DNA of 64,000 bases from Lama guanicoe (Eukaryota), in contig MU053810.1 of assembly GCA_013239625.1 (NCBI GenBank), forward strand, positions 4,558,071-4,622,070, written 5' to 3'. Of the stretch, positions 1 to 12,744 are shown in pieces. A model generated the notes under the pieces. It was given only the letters and a program-made list of their open reading frames with translations. It was not told the origin of the DNA and made no database searches. A program made the position numbers and the translations under genes. Every line of letters starts with the position of its first letter. Positions within the stretch are counted from its first letter, which is position 1.

Positions 1-1549
1 TTTTTGCCTCTGTACTGTGTCAAGTGACAGGTAGAAACTGTCAGGAGCAGCCTCTTCACACATCAGCTCAAGTCGGGTTGGGGTCAGAGCCCAAAGCCCA
101 GAGCATCTGGTATAGGCTGATGATCTGGTGCTGCAGTGTGACGTGATGTCTCTCTGTCTCTCTCTCATTCTACCTCGCCTCCATCCTTCCTGGCATTAAT
201 AATTTGAAGACACACACACAACGTCTCTACAAGGGTCTGGATAATCTGGATCTGGGGGCTTGAGCACAGATCCCTCCTTCCCTGAACACTGTGTACCTGA
301 GGAAATAGTTAAGTTTTAAGGAGATTCATCGGGCCTTTGCCGCAGGCCACCAGCCCAGAAACTAAGATTAGTTCCTCCTTAAAGCAAGATTACCAGGTCA
401 TTCTGTTGCAAAGTCATGGCGTCCTTGGGTAATCTGCCCTGGCCACCCAACTTTCTGCCTCCCTGCTGCCCGGCTTGGGTGTAACTTTCTGGAAGATCCA
501 CTACATCCTCCTGGGTTTTAAGAAAAATCCTTTTAGGAATTGAGGGGTCTCTTCTGTTTCTCCTGATGTGAGTTGAGCTCACTTCCTGGCACAATTACTT
601 TCCTATGTCCTTTACGGCCTACTGAGTCTTTTTGTCCTAAATGGACAAAATCTGTCCCCCACGCTGCCAAAACACACCGGTGACTCAAGGTCAGAATCTG
701 GAGGACAGGCCAGCCATTGTTCTGCCCACATTCTTCATCTAAATTAATCTACAACCTTGCCTGAATGGCCGGTAAACTGGGTCAAGTTATGGTCAGTGGG
801 CTAACCATTGTGTGTTTCTTCTCCCTCAAATGAAGGGGCCCCCATCGATTAAAACATCACGCTCTTCTTACCAGTGGGTGTGTTACTTGTTGATATCCCA
901 CATAGCAGCGCCAACGTTGCTCAGATTATTTTCCTGGTTTTTTTTTTTTTGGACACTGTGCCTCCTCTTTTCACTTTCTGGGAAATTTGCCAGTGTTTCA
1001 AGGACTGGGTAAAGAACTAAATAAATATTTGTAGGTAGTTTAAAAGGAGAGTGAGTCCAGTGGATGTAACTTTGCCCATCCAAAGAAAAAAGCACGTTAA
1101 TTGCCTTTCAGATATTTTAAAGTAATTCACTTGAGAGTCAGAAGGTTGATTTTTCACTAGTTTACTTTTCAGGTTTTGTGGTCAAGGCGTGGGGGGGAGT
1201 GTAGAGGGGAGGGGGAAGAGTCCAGAAAGTCTAGGCAAATGAGCACAAACTTTTAGAAGTCCCGCTGAAGTGACTGAAATTGACAGTGTGAACAGTCAGC
1301 TACATCTTCGTGTTTGTTAATCAGGCTCTAAACAGTCGGTGCAAGCAAGTGTTTCCTTCAGAACCTTCCACGGAGGCCCCTTCTTTCTCACTGTTCTTTT
1401 TGAAACCGATTTCACTGAAATTTGGGACGTTCAGCAGTTGGCTGTTTTATTTCTATGTGTACCAGCCTATTGGGGAGGCTGACTCTGAGCCTGAGATTAA
1501 AGAGACCAGAGAAGCGGCTTCCGGCAAGGGCTCCTGCCTGTGATCCACT

Positions 1550-1972
1550 GAAATGTTTTTCCTTCCCGGCCGCGGACTCACGGCCGGCCGTTTGCGGCGC
1601 GGGCACCGGGCCGCCTGGGGCCCGGGCGGGCGAGCCGATCACCTGTTGGGGCCTCCGGGAGCGCGCGGCGCGGGCAGGGCGGGGGCGCAGCGCGCACTCC
1701 TCGCGGACCCGTCCGGCGGGCGAGCGGGCGGACGGGCGGACGGACGCGGGGACGCGCGCGCCGAGGGACGCGGGAGGCCCGGCGCTGGAATGCAGTTTTC
1801 CGCGGCGAGAGAGACTTTGCACGGGAGTAGAGAATAGTTTGGGGTGGGGTTTCGCACCGTCCCCTCCTCCCCGCCCCCCGGGGCCCCCTTCCAGGCGCTT
1901 TCTGGGAGCTTTTTCAGAACTGCGCTCTGAAGTTTGAAGAACAGCGAGGAGCTGGGGCCGTAGGCAGGGACA
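1550..1972 (+). promoter_or_regulatory. KIAA1217: CpG island / promoter and 5'UTR of KIAA1217
   Basis: Very GC-rich and CpG-dense (e.g. gcgcgcggcgcgggcagggcgggggcgcag), with several GGGCGG boxes, directly upstream of the exon-1 ATG. The rest of the window is CpG-depleted. TSS position cannot be determined from sequence. Confidence 0.9.
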
Positions 1973-2042
1973 ATGGAAGAAAATGAAAGCCAGAAATGTG
2001 AGCCGAGCCTTCCTTACTCAGCAGACTGCCGACAGATGCAGG
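1973..2042 (+). CDS. KIAA1217: KIAA1217 (sickle tail homolog, SKT) first coding exon
   Basis: gacaATGG is a strong Kozak context. Translates MEENESQKCEPSLPYSADCRQMQ plus 1 nt, matching the recalled human N-terminus MEENESQKCEPCLPYSADRRQMQ. Ends at donor G|GTAAGT (GT 2043-2044); 70 nt, phase 1. Confidence 0.95.
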
Positions 2043-3560
2043 GTAAGTAACAGGCTCATTCAAAGATGGAGTTACAGTTAACGAGTGTCCCTTGCCGCTT
2101 GCTGCTGCTTTTTTAGAACTGGAGACAGGGCGCCTGGCACAGAAGAAGGCATATTTCTCGGGGTGATGCGTTTTCCAAACTGGAGAGCTGTGAGCTTGAC
2201 TTGATCTCTGGCAGGATTTTCTTTAAGCAGCTAAAGAAGTGGAGGGGTGATGTCACATTTGTAGCACAGTAAGCAGTCAGTATGTGCTAGATCTCTAGGC
2301 AGTGACAAATGTATCGTGAAAAGCAGCTTTTAATCCTCCCTGCTCCAGCCGTGGGAGAGAGGACCTCTTTCTGGGGAGGCAGCACTTCCATTCATTGGTT
2401 GGAGCAAATTCATGTTCAGTGCAAGTTTTGTTGTGTTTTAGAGATGAATTGCAGAGTTTGGGGGATATTTTATTTTACAGATCGGAGCAGCAAGGGGGCA
2501 CTTGTACATGTGGAGGATAGCTGAAACTTTGAATTATCTGTGTGCTTTAATTCAAAAGCTGGGAGCTGTTAGACAATTTTGGTCAATTTTCTCCAAGCGG
2601 TTTCCCTTTAATTGTGTTTACAATAGACTTGTCTTTTCCGTAGGGAATTTCCAGAAGCTCATGTTGTTCCAAAGAAATTTTGCAGTGGGGTTGGGTGGAG
2701 AGAGGACGTGTCTGCTCTCCAGTGTCTGACGTCTGTGATTCCAGAGCCTCTCCTGAAGTATCACCCAGGCAGCGTGTTGGGACACCTCACAGTCCAGAAC
2801 CACCCAGCACCCACCCTACCCCAGGTTCATCCAGGGGCCAGTCAGTCAGTGTGCTTGAGGGGCTGCAGGGCTGTGCGTGGGAGTAGTGACAATGCACAGG
2901 GGAAAAGGTGTGTGTTTTTGAAAAACGCAAAGGGAAGTAACAAATGACTCATCCACACTGAAAATGCAAATCAAAGCCAGACAAGAAAAATTCAATTGGG
3001 ATAGAAAGCCCCTCCACCCCCACCTCCCTCCCCGCCTTGAAATGCAAGAAATTTTAAGACGAGTAAACCCCAGAGAATTCCCGGAGTCTAGTCATCGTCT
3101 AGGTGGCTGTGTTTGTGCTTCCAAGCAGAGCCCTCTCTCCTTAAGGGCCCCGGTCAGTGGGGCTCCCTCCCCTTCCTTTCTCCCCTTTTGATAGACAGGA
3201 TCCTTCAGCAGGAATTCAACCTCTGGGCTTCTGTTAAAAGAAGTGACTCAGAATCTAGAGGGGCAGTTAGAGTGGGACCGATTGAAGAGACAACTTTCAA
3301 ACAACCGCAGCAATTCAAGGACACTTCAGAGGCTGGAGATGGTTGGACTGAGGGAGTGTGATCACTTTCTTTCTTCACTTATTCAGTGAATATTGAGCAT
3401 CTGTTATGGTCACTGTTTTAGCTGCTGGGGATCCAGCAATAAACAAAGTAGACCAAAAATACTTGCTTTCATTGAATTTATATTCTAAGAGCCAAGTTTG
3501 CGGGAAGGGGAGGGGTAGAGAAAGGTAATGAATGAGTAAGTAGAATAGTGTGTTGGAGGA

Positions 3561-3749
3561 CAGGGTTGCCAGATTTAGCAAATAAAAATACAGGAGGCCC
3601 AGTTAAATCTGAATTTCAGATAAACAACAAATAATTTTTAGTATAAGTATATCCCATGCAATATTTGGGACATACTTATGCTACAAATTATTTGTTATTT
3701 ATCTGAAATTCAGATTTAACTGCATATTGTATTTTATCTAGCAGCCCTA
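3561..3749. mobile_element. MER53-like palindromic MITE (hAT-related DNA transposon)
   Basis: Starts cagggttgccagat and ends atctagcagcccta. Long inverted arms (cagttaaatctgaatttcagataaacaacaaataat ... attatttgttatttatctgaaattcagatttaactg); about 190 bp. Confidence 0.85.
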
Positions 3750-3952
3750 TTAGGTAGGAATAAAGCAGTGGGGAAAACTAAGGCAGGGAAAGGGAATAGG
3801 GAGTGTGGGGAGAGAGTGGGAGTGGAACTGTAGTAGAATTATTAGGGAGATCCTCACTGGTGTGATATTTGAACAAAGAGGTGAGGAGGGGAACAGAAAG
3901 GGCATTTTCAAAGAACAGCATGAAGAAAGGATGGGAGGAAAAGAGGTTAAGA

Positions 3953-4899
3953 GGTCAAAAAAAAAATCAAAAAATGGGCAGAAGACCTAAACAAGCAATT
4001 CCCCAATGAAGACACACAAATAGCCAACAGGCATATGAAAAGATGTTCAATATCACTAATTATTAGAGAAATGCAAATCAGAACTCACACTGATCAGAAT
4101 GGCCGTCATTAAAAAGTCTGCAATAGTAAATGCTGGAGAGGGTGTGGAGGAAAAGGAACCCTCCTACTGTTGGTGGGAATGTAAATTGGTGCCACCACTG
4201 TGGAGAATGGTATGGTGGTTCTGTAAAAAACTAAAATTAGAGTTACCGTATGATCCAGCAGTCCCACTCCTGGTCACATATCAGGAGAAAACTCTAAATT
4301 CAAAAAGATACATGCACCCCAATGTTCATAGTGCACTATTGACAATAGCCAAGACATGGAAGCTACCTAAATGTCCATCAATGGATAATTGGATAAAGAT
4401 TACACACACACACAATGAATGGAATAGTACTTGGCCATAAAAAAGAATGCAGTAATGCCATTTGCAGTAACATGGATAGACCTAGAAATTATCATATTAA
4501 GTGAAATAAGTCAGAGGAAAACAAATATCATATCATGTCACTTATATGTGGAATCTTTAAAAAAAAAAAGATACAAATGAACTTACTTTTAAACCAGAAA
4601 TAGACTCACAGATATAGAAGACGAACTATGGTGAACAAAGGGGAAAAGCGATGGTGAGGATGGATAAATTAGGAGTTTGGGATTAGCAGATACACACTAC
4701 TATAAATAAAATAGATAAACAACAAGGTCCTATTGTATAGCACAGGGAACTGTATTTAATAGCTTATAATAACCTATAGTGGAAAAGAATCAGAAAAAGA
4801 ATATATATATATGTATGTAAAACTAAATCACTTTGCTGTTCTAACACAACATTGTAAATCAGCTCTACTTCAATAAAAAAAAATTCTATGAAAAAAAAA
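3953..4899 (+). mobile_element. 5'-truncated LINE-1 (ORF2 C-terminus, 3'UTR, poly-A) with 14-bp TSD, nested in an L2
   Basis: ORF2-like peptide (CWWECKLVPPLW...ELPYDPAVPLL...IAKTWKLPKCPS), AATAAA and an A-tail. Perfect TSD AAAAGAGGTTAAGA at 3939-3952 and 4900-4913. Confidence 0.93.
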
Positions 4900-4913
4900 A
4901 AAAGAGGTTAAGA

Positions 4914-5560
4914 CCCAATTCTAGGCCAGGTCAGGTAGGGGCTGTGACACTTTGGTGAGGACTTAGGGTTTTATTTCCAGGGCGGTGGGAGCTGCTGGCA
5001 GGTCTGACTGGTCTTATAAAAGGTGAAGACTGGGGGCTGTACTGAGAATAACCCAAGAGGGAGTGGGGGAAGGGCAGGAAGGCCAGTTAAGAGGTTTCCC
5101 CAGTAAACCAGGTGCTCGCTTGGACCAACGTGTCATAGAGCAGGTGTTGCGAATGAGATGTGTTCTAGGTGTACATTGAAGATCAAACGAATTGGCCGAG
5201 GGATTGGTTGTGTTAAGAGAGACAGAGGAGGCAAAGATAACTCCAGAAATTTTGGTCTGCGTAGTTGGAAGAAAAGAGTTGCCATTTACCTCAAGGTTTG
5301 GAAAGCGTTTGAGAATCTCAGAGTACCTGAGAGGGTGCTTACAGCCTGGAAGTGGGTGGAGAGCAGAAAATCTTTTGGCTACACCAGGATCCAGGAGCTT
5401 ATCTGGCATCCAGGTGGAGGTGCTGATTGCAACTTGGATAGTCGTGGCTAATTTGAGGAGGGAGGACTGTGAAAGGTGGACTAGGGTTGGGTCCTTGTGC
5501 AGAAAGAAAGTTTCCAGAGATGTGCCCTGGGGCACTCCAGCAGGTCAGGGAGCCTAGACA
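4914..5560 (-). mobile_element. Degenerate LINE-2 fragment (continues left of the L1, about 3380-3950)
   Basis: Purine-rich L2-like motifs (gataactccagaaattttggtctg, gagttgccatttac, ttttggctacacc, gatgtgccctggggcactcca). Boundaries approximate. Confidence 0.6.
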
Positions 5561-5950
5561 GGGTGGCTGAGACATTGTGAAAGGGGGCTGAGAATTCAGG
5601 TTTGATTTCTAAGTTCCCATGCGTTCTGGGCAAAAATGATGCTGTGAAGGAGTGTGGCTTCACCTCCAGTTCTTTGATGCGTTAAAGGACCAGGCCTCTG
5701 ATGCTCACGTCACCTGTATACCATGTGCCCATTCCTGTCACTCTGCTCTTGATGGTGTTTGGCCTTGTAACACCAGTGACAGCATGGTGTTTCAGGGCAA
5801 AGACCATGCCTCCTTCATCTTCACATTCCCAGCACCTAACAGAGCATCAGGAAGGTAGACGCCTTCTACTAGATTATGTGCTGAACAAGAGGCTAATTAC
5901 CCCCGCCCCAGGGCTTTGACTTTATCAGCCCACTGTAGATAAGGATCCCT

Positions 5951-6079
5951 TGGGTGATCGTGTAACTAGTTGTTCAGACCGAGACACTTTTGAAAGTGAA
6001 AAGGAACGCTGTAAATAATTTTGCTGGGACAACTGTTGTCACCCAGAACTGTTTTGGCAAACTGGGCATATGGTCACCT
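5951..6079 (+). mobile_element. MER94-like hAT-Blackjack MITE
   Basis: Termini tgggtgatc ... atatggtcacct; internal gacacttttgaaagtgaaa...aataattttgctgggacaac; about 130 bp. Confidence 0.65.
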
Positions 6080-7039
6080 GGAAGGTAGCTCTAATTGTTG
6101 AGACTTCCTTGGCTGAGCAGTCAGCTCTTGGGTAATAACAGTGTGAAAGGGTGCTTGGAAGTACAGAGTGGTACTGAGTAATCACTGGTTGGATTTGAAT
6201 CTAACTATCATGCTTCTTTTGAAGGCCGTGGGCTCCTCAGAGTGGCCCTGGAGGTGGGTTCCTTGAGATGCTCGTGTCTGCTCACAGCTGCCCTGAGGGG
6301 TCTGTCTGCTTCTGCTCTGACCCCTGAGGTCTAGAATCTCCTGTTGCAGGTGCAGTGAAACCAGTGTTTTAAGACACGAGTATTCACTAGGGTGGTAATC
6401 ATTTCATGATACTGTCCACCTTAAACTCGGGCAGTGCTAGATAGCAGTTAGATCTCAGTGAAGCTGGAAAAGAAAAATAGTGTTGGCAGCCCTGCAGACA
6501 GCAAGCTTGGAGAGTCCCAGACATTCTGCTCTTTGCTCCTCAGTCTACTCTAAAATTGCCCCATCAGTCTCTGTCTCTTGCCTTGCTTTAACCTTCAGAG
6601 CACTATCACCATGTTGCATTTATATTACAGTGTTTGTTGTCTGCCTTCCTAATTATAAAGTGGTTCTTCTCTGAGAGAAGGGAATTAAGTCTATCTTGAT
6701 TACCATTCTGCGACATCTCCAAACTTTTCAGTGTACGGAGCGGGCACTCAATAAATAGTTGGAAAAATGAATCACTCAAATCAGTCAACAAAGCAGCAAT
6801 TGAGACAAGAATGCTTTTCTGGGTAGGGGAGGGGCTGTTGCTATTTGGTCTAAAATCTCTACCAGAAACCTTCTGTTTGATTTTTAAAGTGGTTTTTTTT
6901 TTCTTTAGAGAAATATTCCATAATGGTCTGGTTTCAGCTGTAACTTGCGTGCCAGTCTGTGTATAGCGGTGATCTGTGTGATATTAACAAGGGGGCTGGA
7001 ACACTGACGAGCTCTGTGTGCCCCCAACAGACTCCATGA

Positions 7040-7480
7040 TACACATGAGTCAGATAACCTGACTACTGTAACAACCCTGTCTTCTCTGTGGTTTAGCGTA
7101 ATCAAGGTTAATTTTTTTTGAACACAGTGGAATGTGGCTGTTCCTGGCTGGGCGGATCTGCTGGGTGGTTTACCTCCAGGCGACTCTGGGACCCAGGTTC
7201 CTTCTGTCTAGCCATAAGGCCATTCCCCAGGGTCCTGGAGGCTTCTGCTGGAGTTTTTTGCATTTAACTGGCCAAAGGGGAATGTGAAAGGGCATGGAAG
7301 GTTATTCAGGAAATCAGGGACCAGGTCTAAAGGTGGCCCGTTGTCACTTCTGCCCACATTGCATTGATCAGAATTAGTACAAGGCCCAGCTAGATGGAGG
7401 GGACTGGAAAATGCAGTTTTCCATGTGTGCCTAGGAGGATGTCATGATTTGAATACACAAAGTCTGGCTGCTGCCACGGT
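7040..7480 (-). mobile_element. Old MaLR LTR (MLT1-type) fragment
   Basis: Characteristic tgtcacttctgcccacatt...ggactggaaaatgcagt...atgtgtgcctaggagga segment. Boundaries approximate. Confidence 0.55.
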
Positions 7481-9176
7481 AGGTCCGGATAGGTTGTACA
7501 GCCAGACAAAACAGCAACTCCCCACTAAGTTCAGGTGCAAGAGAGCATCTCGGCACAATTTAAAACGCGACACTTTAGAGACAGCTAACCAGAAGCCACT
7601 ATGAAGCAGTGGGGCCTGCCTGATCTGATCCAGGAATAGAACCTCAGGGAAGTCAGTCATCCATGCTGTTCCTGGCTCTCAGGTAGGAAGCAGGTGTGGA
7701 ATGTTTGAATAATGCAAGGTCCAGATCCGGGGTTGCGGGTCAGCTGATCCAGCCTGGCAACCTGAGCTGGGGTAGGGTGCCAAGAAGCCAGCCTCGGCAG
7801 CTTCCACCGTCTCCTGACTGCAGCAGGATCTTCTGTGTGGGTATCCCATCTCCCATAATCCTCTGCCTACTTGATACCTGCTCCCACCAGCCCCCACTTT
7901 CTGCTTTTCCTTTCCAGAAGTCTCCATCCCAGCCAGGAAGCCGTTATAGAATCTCAGGAAAGTCTCTTTCTGGCCCTTCTGCTCCCTTCATTCCCACCTC
8001 TGCTCCAGGGGACATTGGAGGGGCTGTTCTCCACTGGAAGCGCCCATCTTTGCTCTTTGCCCTGCTTGAAATGAGCTGCAGGAGGAGCTGTGCTCCCTCT
8101 GGGCAGTGCAGAGGCTGGGAGGGGCACGAGGGGAAAGCTGGTAGCCTTGTCTTCAGGCTCCAGCTTATTTATTTGACATGGATTCCCAGAATAGCCCACA
8201 GCTAGGCACACCCATCCTTAACTGCTAGCACCAAAGTGCATTCCAGACAAAGGGTAGAATTGTATTTCTGTTTCCATGCCTTGAATAATCTGTCCAAGTG
8301 GGTAATGGGACTCGGGATCTCTGACTCCATGCGTGGAATTGTGACTAAATGTCCTTTGCTGCTCCCCTTTGTTTCTTCCTCAGCTGAAAGATGGCATCCT
8401 CTCCCAGCGACTGGAATGGGAGAGGGGTCCCTTCTCCCTCAGGCGTGGGAGTTGGTAGCTTCTGAGAACTGAGTCACATAGAGGAAAAGCCTCAAGGAAC
8501 CCGGAGGCTTTGTGTGGAACGTGTGTTGGGATGTTGTGGGTGAAAGTGGAACAGGTGCCTGGCGTGGGGTGGGAGCTGGTAGGGCCCACGGCTGAGTGAG
8601 CCGCAGGGCAGGAAGGTGTGGACGGGAGGGAGGGGGCTTGCAGGACAATTAAAGGCACAGTCCTTAGCTCCTGGTGCATGAACCCTCGGTGCTGTGTGCC
8701 ACTGTCCTTTCCGTTAAGCAACTGGAGACATTTTAGAAGAAGCCACCAGACAGAAAAATGGAAAAGCAACATAAGATTGACATGACCTTCTTTGTGCCAA
8801 GAAAGGAAGGGGGTTTCGAGGGTCAGAAAGTTGGGGCTGCTCAGAGGTGAATGTTGATAAAGTCTTTGAACTCCAACACGCCCCCTCCTGGCTTCTTCCC
8901 CAGTTTATTTCAAAGAACGTGGAAAACTCTTTTCAGTCTCCAAGGGGCTGGCTGTTCTGGCTGTTTTGACCTCTTCTGAGAATCCTTCGATGAAACAGAA
9001 TAGTTCTTGTGAGTCTGTGTGGCAGAGCAAGGCACGGTGGAACTTTCTGCCCTTGTTGGGTGGTAAGGAACACAGGTGTGTTTATTCTTATGGGTGGACG
9101 TGGATATTTGAGTCTCATGTCCACGTGAGGAGATTGCCTTCCCGGAGATTCCATCCTCTAGCTGTCCTGGATAACT

Positions 9177-9658
9177 GTTTTTTCTTTTAATTGACGTACA
9201 GTCAGTTTAATGTTGCGTTAGTCTCTGATGTACAGCACAGTGATTTATTTATATACACATACATATTCTTTTTCATAAATAGGTGACTGCAAGATATTGA
9301 ATATACTTCCCTGCCCTATGCAATAGGACCCGTTGTTTATTTTATATATAGTAGTGTTTCCAGATCCCAAACTCCCAATTTACCCCTCCACCCCGTAACC
9401 ATAAGTTTGTTTTCTATGTGAGTCTGTTTCTGTTTTGTAGATAAGTTCATTCGTGTCACTATTTTAGATTCCACATGTAAGCAATATGGTATTTGTCTTT
9501 CTTTGTCTGACTTACTTCACTTAGGATGATCATCTCTAGGTCCACCCATGTTGCTGCAAATGGCAGTGTTTCATTCTTTTTTATGGCTGGGTAGTATTCT
9601 ATTTTATGTATATGTGTGTATATACATATATTACATATATATATGCCACAATTTCTTT
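9177..9658 (-). mobile_element. LINE-1 3'UTR fragment with TSD
   Basis: Reverse complement of an L1 3'UTR (ttttagattccacatgtaag, tctctaggtccacccatgttgctgcaaatgg). TSD ctgtcctgRataact at 9162-9176 and 9659-9673 (1 mismatch). Confidence 0.9.
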
Positions 9659-11006
9659 CTGTCCTGAATAACTTTAAAAAATTATTTTCATGTCAAAAGT
9701 AATCTTAAAAATCTATTTGGAAGTCAACAGTGTCATATCAAGTATACAACAATGTTGGCTAATATAGAACTCATGTGCACACATTCACTCCAAAACGTAA
9801 GGCTAAGCCTCTTCAGATTGCCCATGGATTTCCCACCGGAGATACAGCATTTTGTGCATCTGGCTTCATTCAATAGATCCTGTTAACCTCTGCGTCATTA
9901 AAGAGGAAACCACAAAAGAAGGTAGCCATTATGTGAGTCCATATAATGAGAAGGTAAACTAAATAAATGGAATTATAATTAATCTCCTAATAGCTTTTTT
10001 TTCCAACTCAATGATATTTATTGGATGCTTACTAGTGACCCATATGGGCTGAGTGCTAAGGAACAGTCAAAAGAAACACATACATAGAAGCTCACAGAGA
10101 GAGCCAGGTTCTCTTCTCACGATTTTCTAACTGCTCCTGCAGTGTCAATGGCTCAGGTAATATGATCAAACTCTCCCTTTTGTAGGTGGGAAAGCAAGAC
10201 AGAGGCACTGGATGCCTGGCTAAAACCACATGTAGAGTAAGCAGTGGAAGGGGGCTAGTACTCAGGGCTTCCAATCCCTACCCTCATCCCCTTCCCTGCT
10301 TAAGTACGTCCCTCGACAATTGCAAGTAACCTGAGGGGTTCTCATGTTCAAGGTGATTTCAGTGGAAGACTCCTCATGATTGGAGGAAAGGGAACGATTT
10401 CTACTCATCCCTCTAGATCCCATTTTCGGTTCCATTATTTCAGCAGTGATTCGTGCCCCACTGATTTAACACTGGGTCCCACAGCCTTTTTATGGATCAG
10501 TTTCTTCAGTATCTTTTTAACCAATAGTTCCATTTTTCTCCTCCTTCTGAACATCTTGCTGAAACTAATGAAAAGTAGAATGAACTAATTGGGCTATTTT
10601 TTCCCTTCCCTTTCCTCATCAGTGTCTGATGGAGATGCTATAATTAGCAATGTAATGAGAAGTGAAGGATAAACAAGAAGAATTATCCCCAGAACATGCA
10701 TGTGAGGGTGACAAACTGGAGCTGGAAAATGAGCCCAGGATTACAATATTTTCTGTGTCTAACCAACGGGTGTTGCACCTGCAGTTCTAGACACAGGCAT
10801 TTCCAGGCAAAGAACAGGGAAACTGTGTTGGTGGCATTGCTTTGAGGGGAGCTAGTTTATGTGTAAACTCTGGACACCTGTTGATTTACATTGCTGGCGT
10901 GAAGATTATCTGAGACTTAACTCTAGAACTCTTAAATATTGGATCTCCTTTCTATCCTTAACTTTTAAAGACAAATGAGTAAATAAGCTCTTATTGGAAA
11001 CTAGAA

Positions 11007-11099
11007 GGGTGGGTATAGCTCAGTGGTAAAGTGAAGGCTTAGCATGCACAAGGTCCTGGGTTCAATCCCCAGTACCTCCATTAAATTAAAAAATAAAAA
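11007..11099 (+). mobile_element. tRNA-derived SINE, camelid vic-1-like
   Basis: gggtatagctcagtggta (A box) ... gcacaaggtcctgggttcaatcccc (B box) agtacctcc, then an A-rich tail. Confidence 0.85.
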
Positions 11100-12167
11100 G
11101 ATTGTAAGCTTTTTTTTTAAAATAATTTGGGATAGATTTAAAGGATCTAGAGCTAAAAGACTCTGCATGTCTAATACTAGTCCAACCATCTTCATTTTAT
11201 TAACAAAGACAGTGAGGCTGAGAGAGGTCAGTTTGTCCTCCACCTATGATTAAAGGCAGGACTCCTGAGCCCCAGCCCTGTGCTTTTTCTAGGGAATTCA
11301 GTGAACAAGGATGCCTTATTCTGCCTGCATCTGTAATACTGTATAAAGTCTGCTCTCCCTGAAGAGAACCTGGCAAGCTTCTAAAGTACTTAGAATGCTC
11401 ACTACTTTCTCTTCCTATTCTGTTTTGGTTTTTTTTTTTTTAAAGAAGTAACCCTCTTTCTCAGTTCACTGGAATATTCAAACCTGACACTCCATTTGCC
11501 AGCCACTGAGAGGGAGTGGAGATTCCCTGTCCACATCCTGCACTCGAATTGTCACCGCCTGCCTCTGTCGCTCAGATCTAAGTAGGGATCACTTGTCTCT
11601 CCAAGGCCAGCTCAGAGGCCAGGCGTCTAGGTCAAGACCTTCAAAACTCACCCTATCTCTTCCCTTTTTATTGGGTGTTCGAGATAAAGTCCACTTCAAA
11701 TAAAATGTGTCTAAACCTTTACTTTCCACCCCTTTGATTATTACTTCTAATAATATTTGTATGCTTGTTTGGTTTATGCTAATAGGGAGAAATAGAATTT
11801 CCAAGTGGTTCAGTGTCAGTGATTATATTAGCTATTTTTGGCCTTGAAGATAAGATGAATGTTTCAGAAACCACCTTGAAATTAGAAAAGTACAAGAAAA
11901 TCCTGTTACCAGGATGGAACTGTATTTAAAGATAAAGAAATTATCAGAATCCCTGAAGTTAACTTTTCTATAATTACAAATGAAGGTTAAGGGTAACCCA
12001 GTTGGCCACAAGCTAGTCTGACCAGGTGACCTCATTTTGAATAACCTCAGGGAAAGAGTCAGAAATTGTAGCTTTTGCTGCAAAACCTTCATTTCTAAAG
12101 TGCGGTTTTTCATATTTCTTTCAATTGTTGATTTTTTTCCCCTTCTGGCCTCAAAAAAAAGTCTGAA

Positions 12168-12345
12168 GACTATACTGTATAGCACAGGGAAATCTATACA
12201 AGATCTTGTGGTAGCTCACAGCGAAAAAAAAATGTGTCAATGAATATATGTGTGTTCATGTATAACTGAAAAATTGTGCTCTTCACTGGAATTTGACACA
12301 ACATTGTAAAATGACTGTAACTCAATAAAAAAAAGTTTAAAAAAT
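12168..12345 (+). mobile_element. Short L1 3' end just upstream of exon 2
   Basis: ctgtatagcacagggaa...gacacaacattgtaaaatgactgtaactcaataaaaaaaa is an L1 3'-terminal motif with an A-tail. Confidence 0.8.
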
Positions 12346-12460
12346 TTTGCTAAGTTGCATTCATACATTAAGAACTGCCGCAAGCCATCTTAGGGTTCTG
12401 TGAATGAGGTTGCTAGTTGAAATCATTCATCGTGAGCTGTATCTTTTTTTTGTTTTTTAG

Positions 12461-12744
12461 AACAAGGAAAAAGCAACCTGCAGGTAACATCCTTAGAAGA
12501 TGCAGAATGTCGCAGAACCAAGGAGCGCCTTTCTAATGGAAACAGTCGGGTTTCAGTTTCCAAATCTTCCCGCAACATCTCAAGGAGACACACCCTAGGT
12601 GGGCCTCGAAGTTCCAAAGAAATACTGGGAATGCAAACATCGGAGATGGACAGGAAGAGAGAAGCTTTCCTGGAGCATCTAAAGCAGAAGTACCCGCATC
12701 ATGCCACAGCGATCATGGGCCATCAAGAGAGGCTGAGAGACCAG
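12461..12744 (+). CDS. KIAA1217: KIAA1217 second coding exon
   Basis: Acceptor ttttttttgttttttag|AA. Continues the exon-1 frame: EQGKSNLQVTSLEDAECRRTKERLSNGNSRVSVSKSSRNISRRHTLGGPRSSKEILGMQTSEMDRKREAFLEHLKQKYPHHATAIMGHQERLRDQ. Donor CAG|GTACAA. 70+284=354 nt = 118 codons, so intron 2 is phase 0. Confidence 0.97.

Noticed and set aside
1412..1937. Overlapping Arg/Pro/Gly/Ala-rich ORFs up to 171 aa
   Set aside because: Expected from stop-codon scarcity in a CpG island; no recognisable protein.
5014..5557. 173-aa and 121-aa ORFs
   Set aside because: Lie within a degenerate L2; no coherent domain recognised.
11007..11080. tRNA-Ala-like sequences here and at 24743 and 44281
   Set aside because: Degenerate stems and A-rich tails identify them as SINEs, not tRNA genes.
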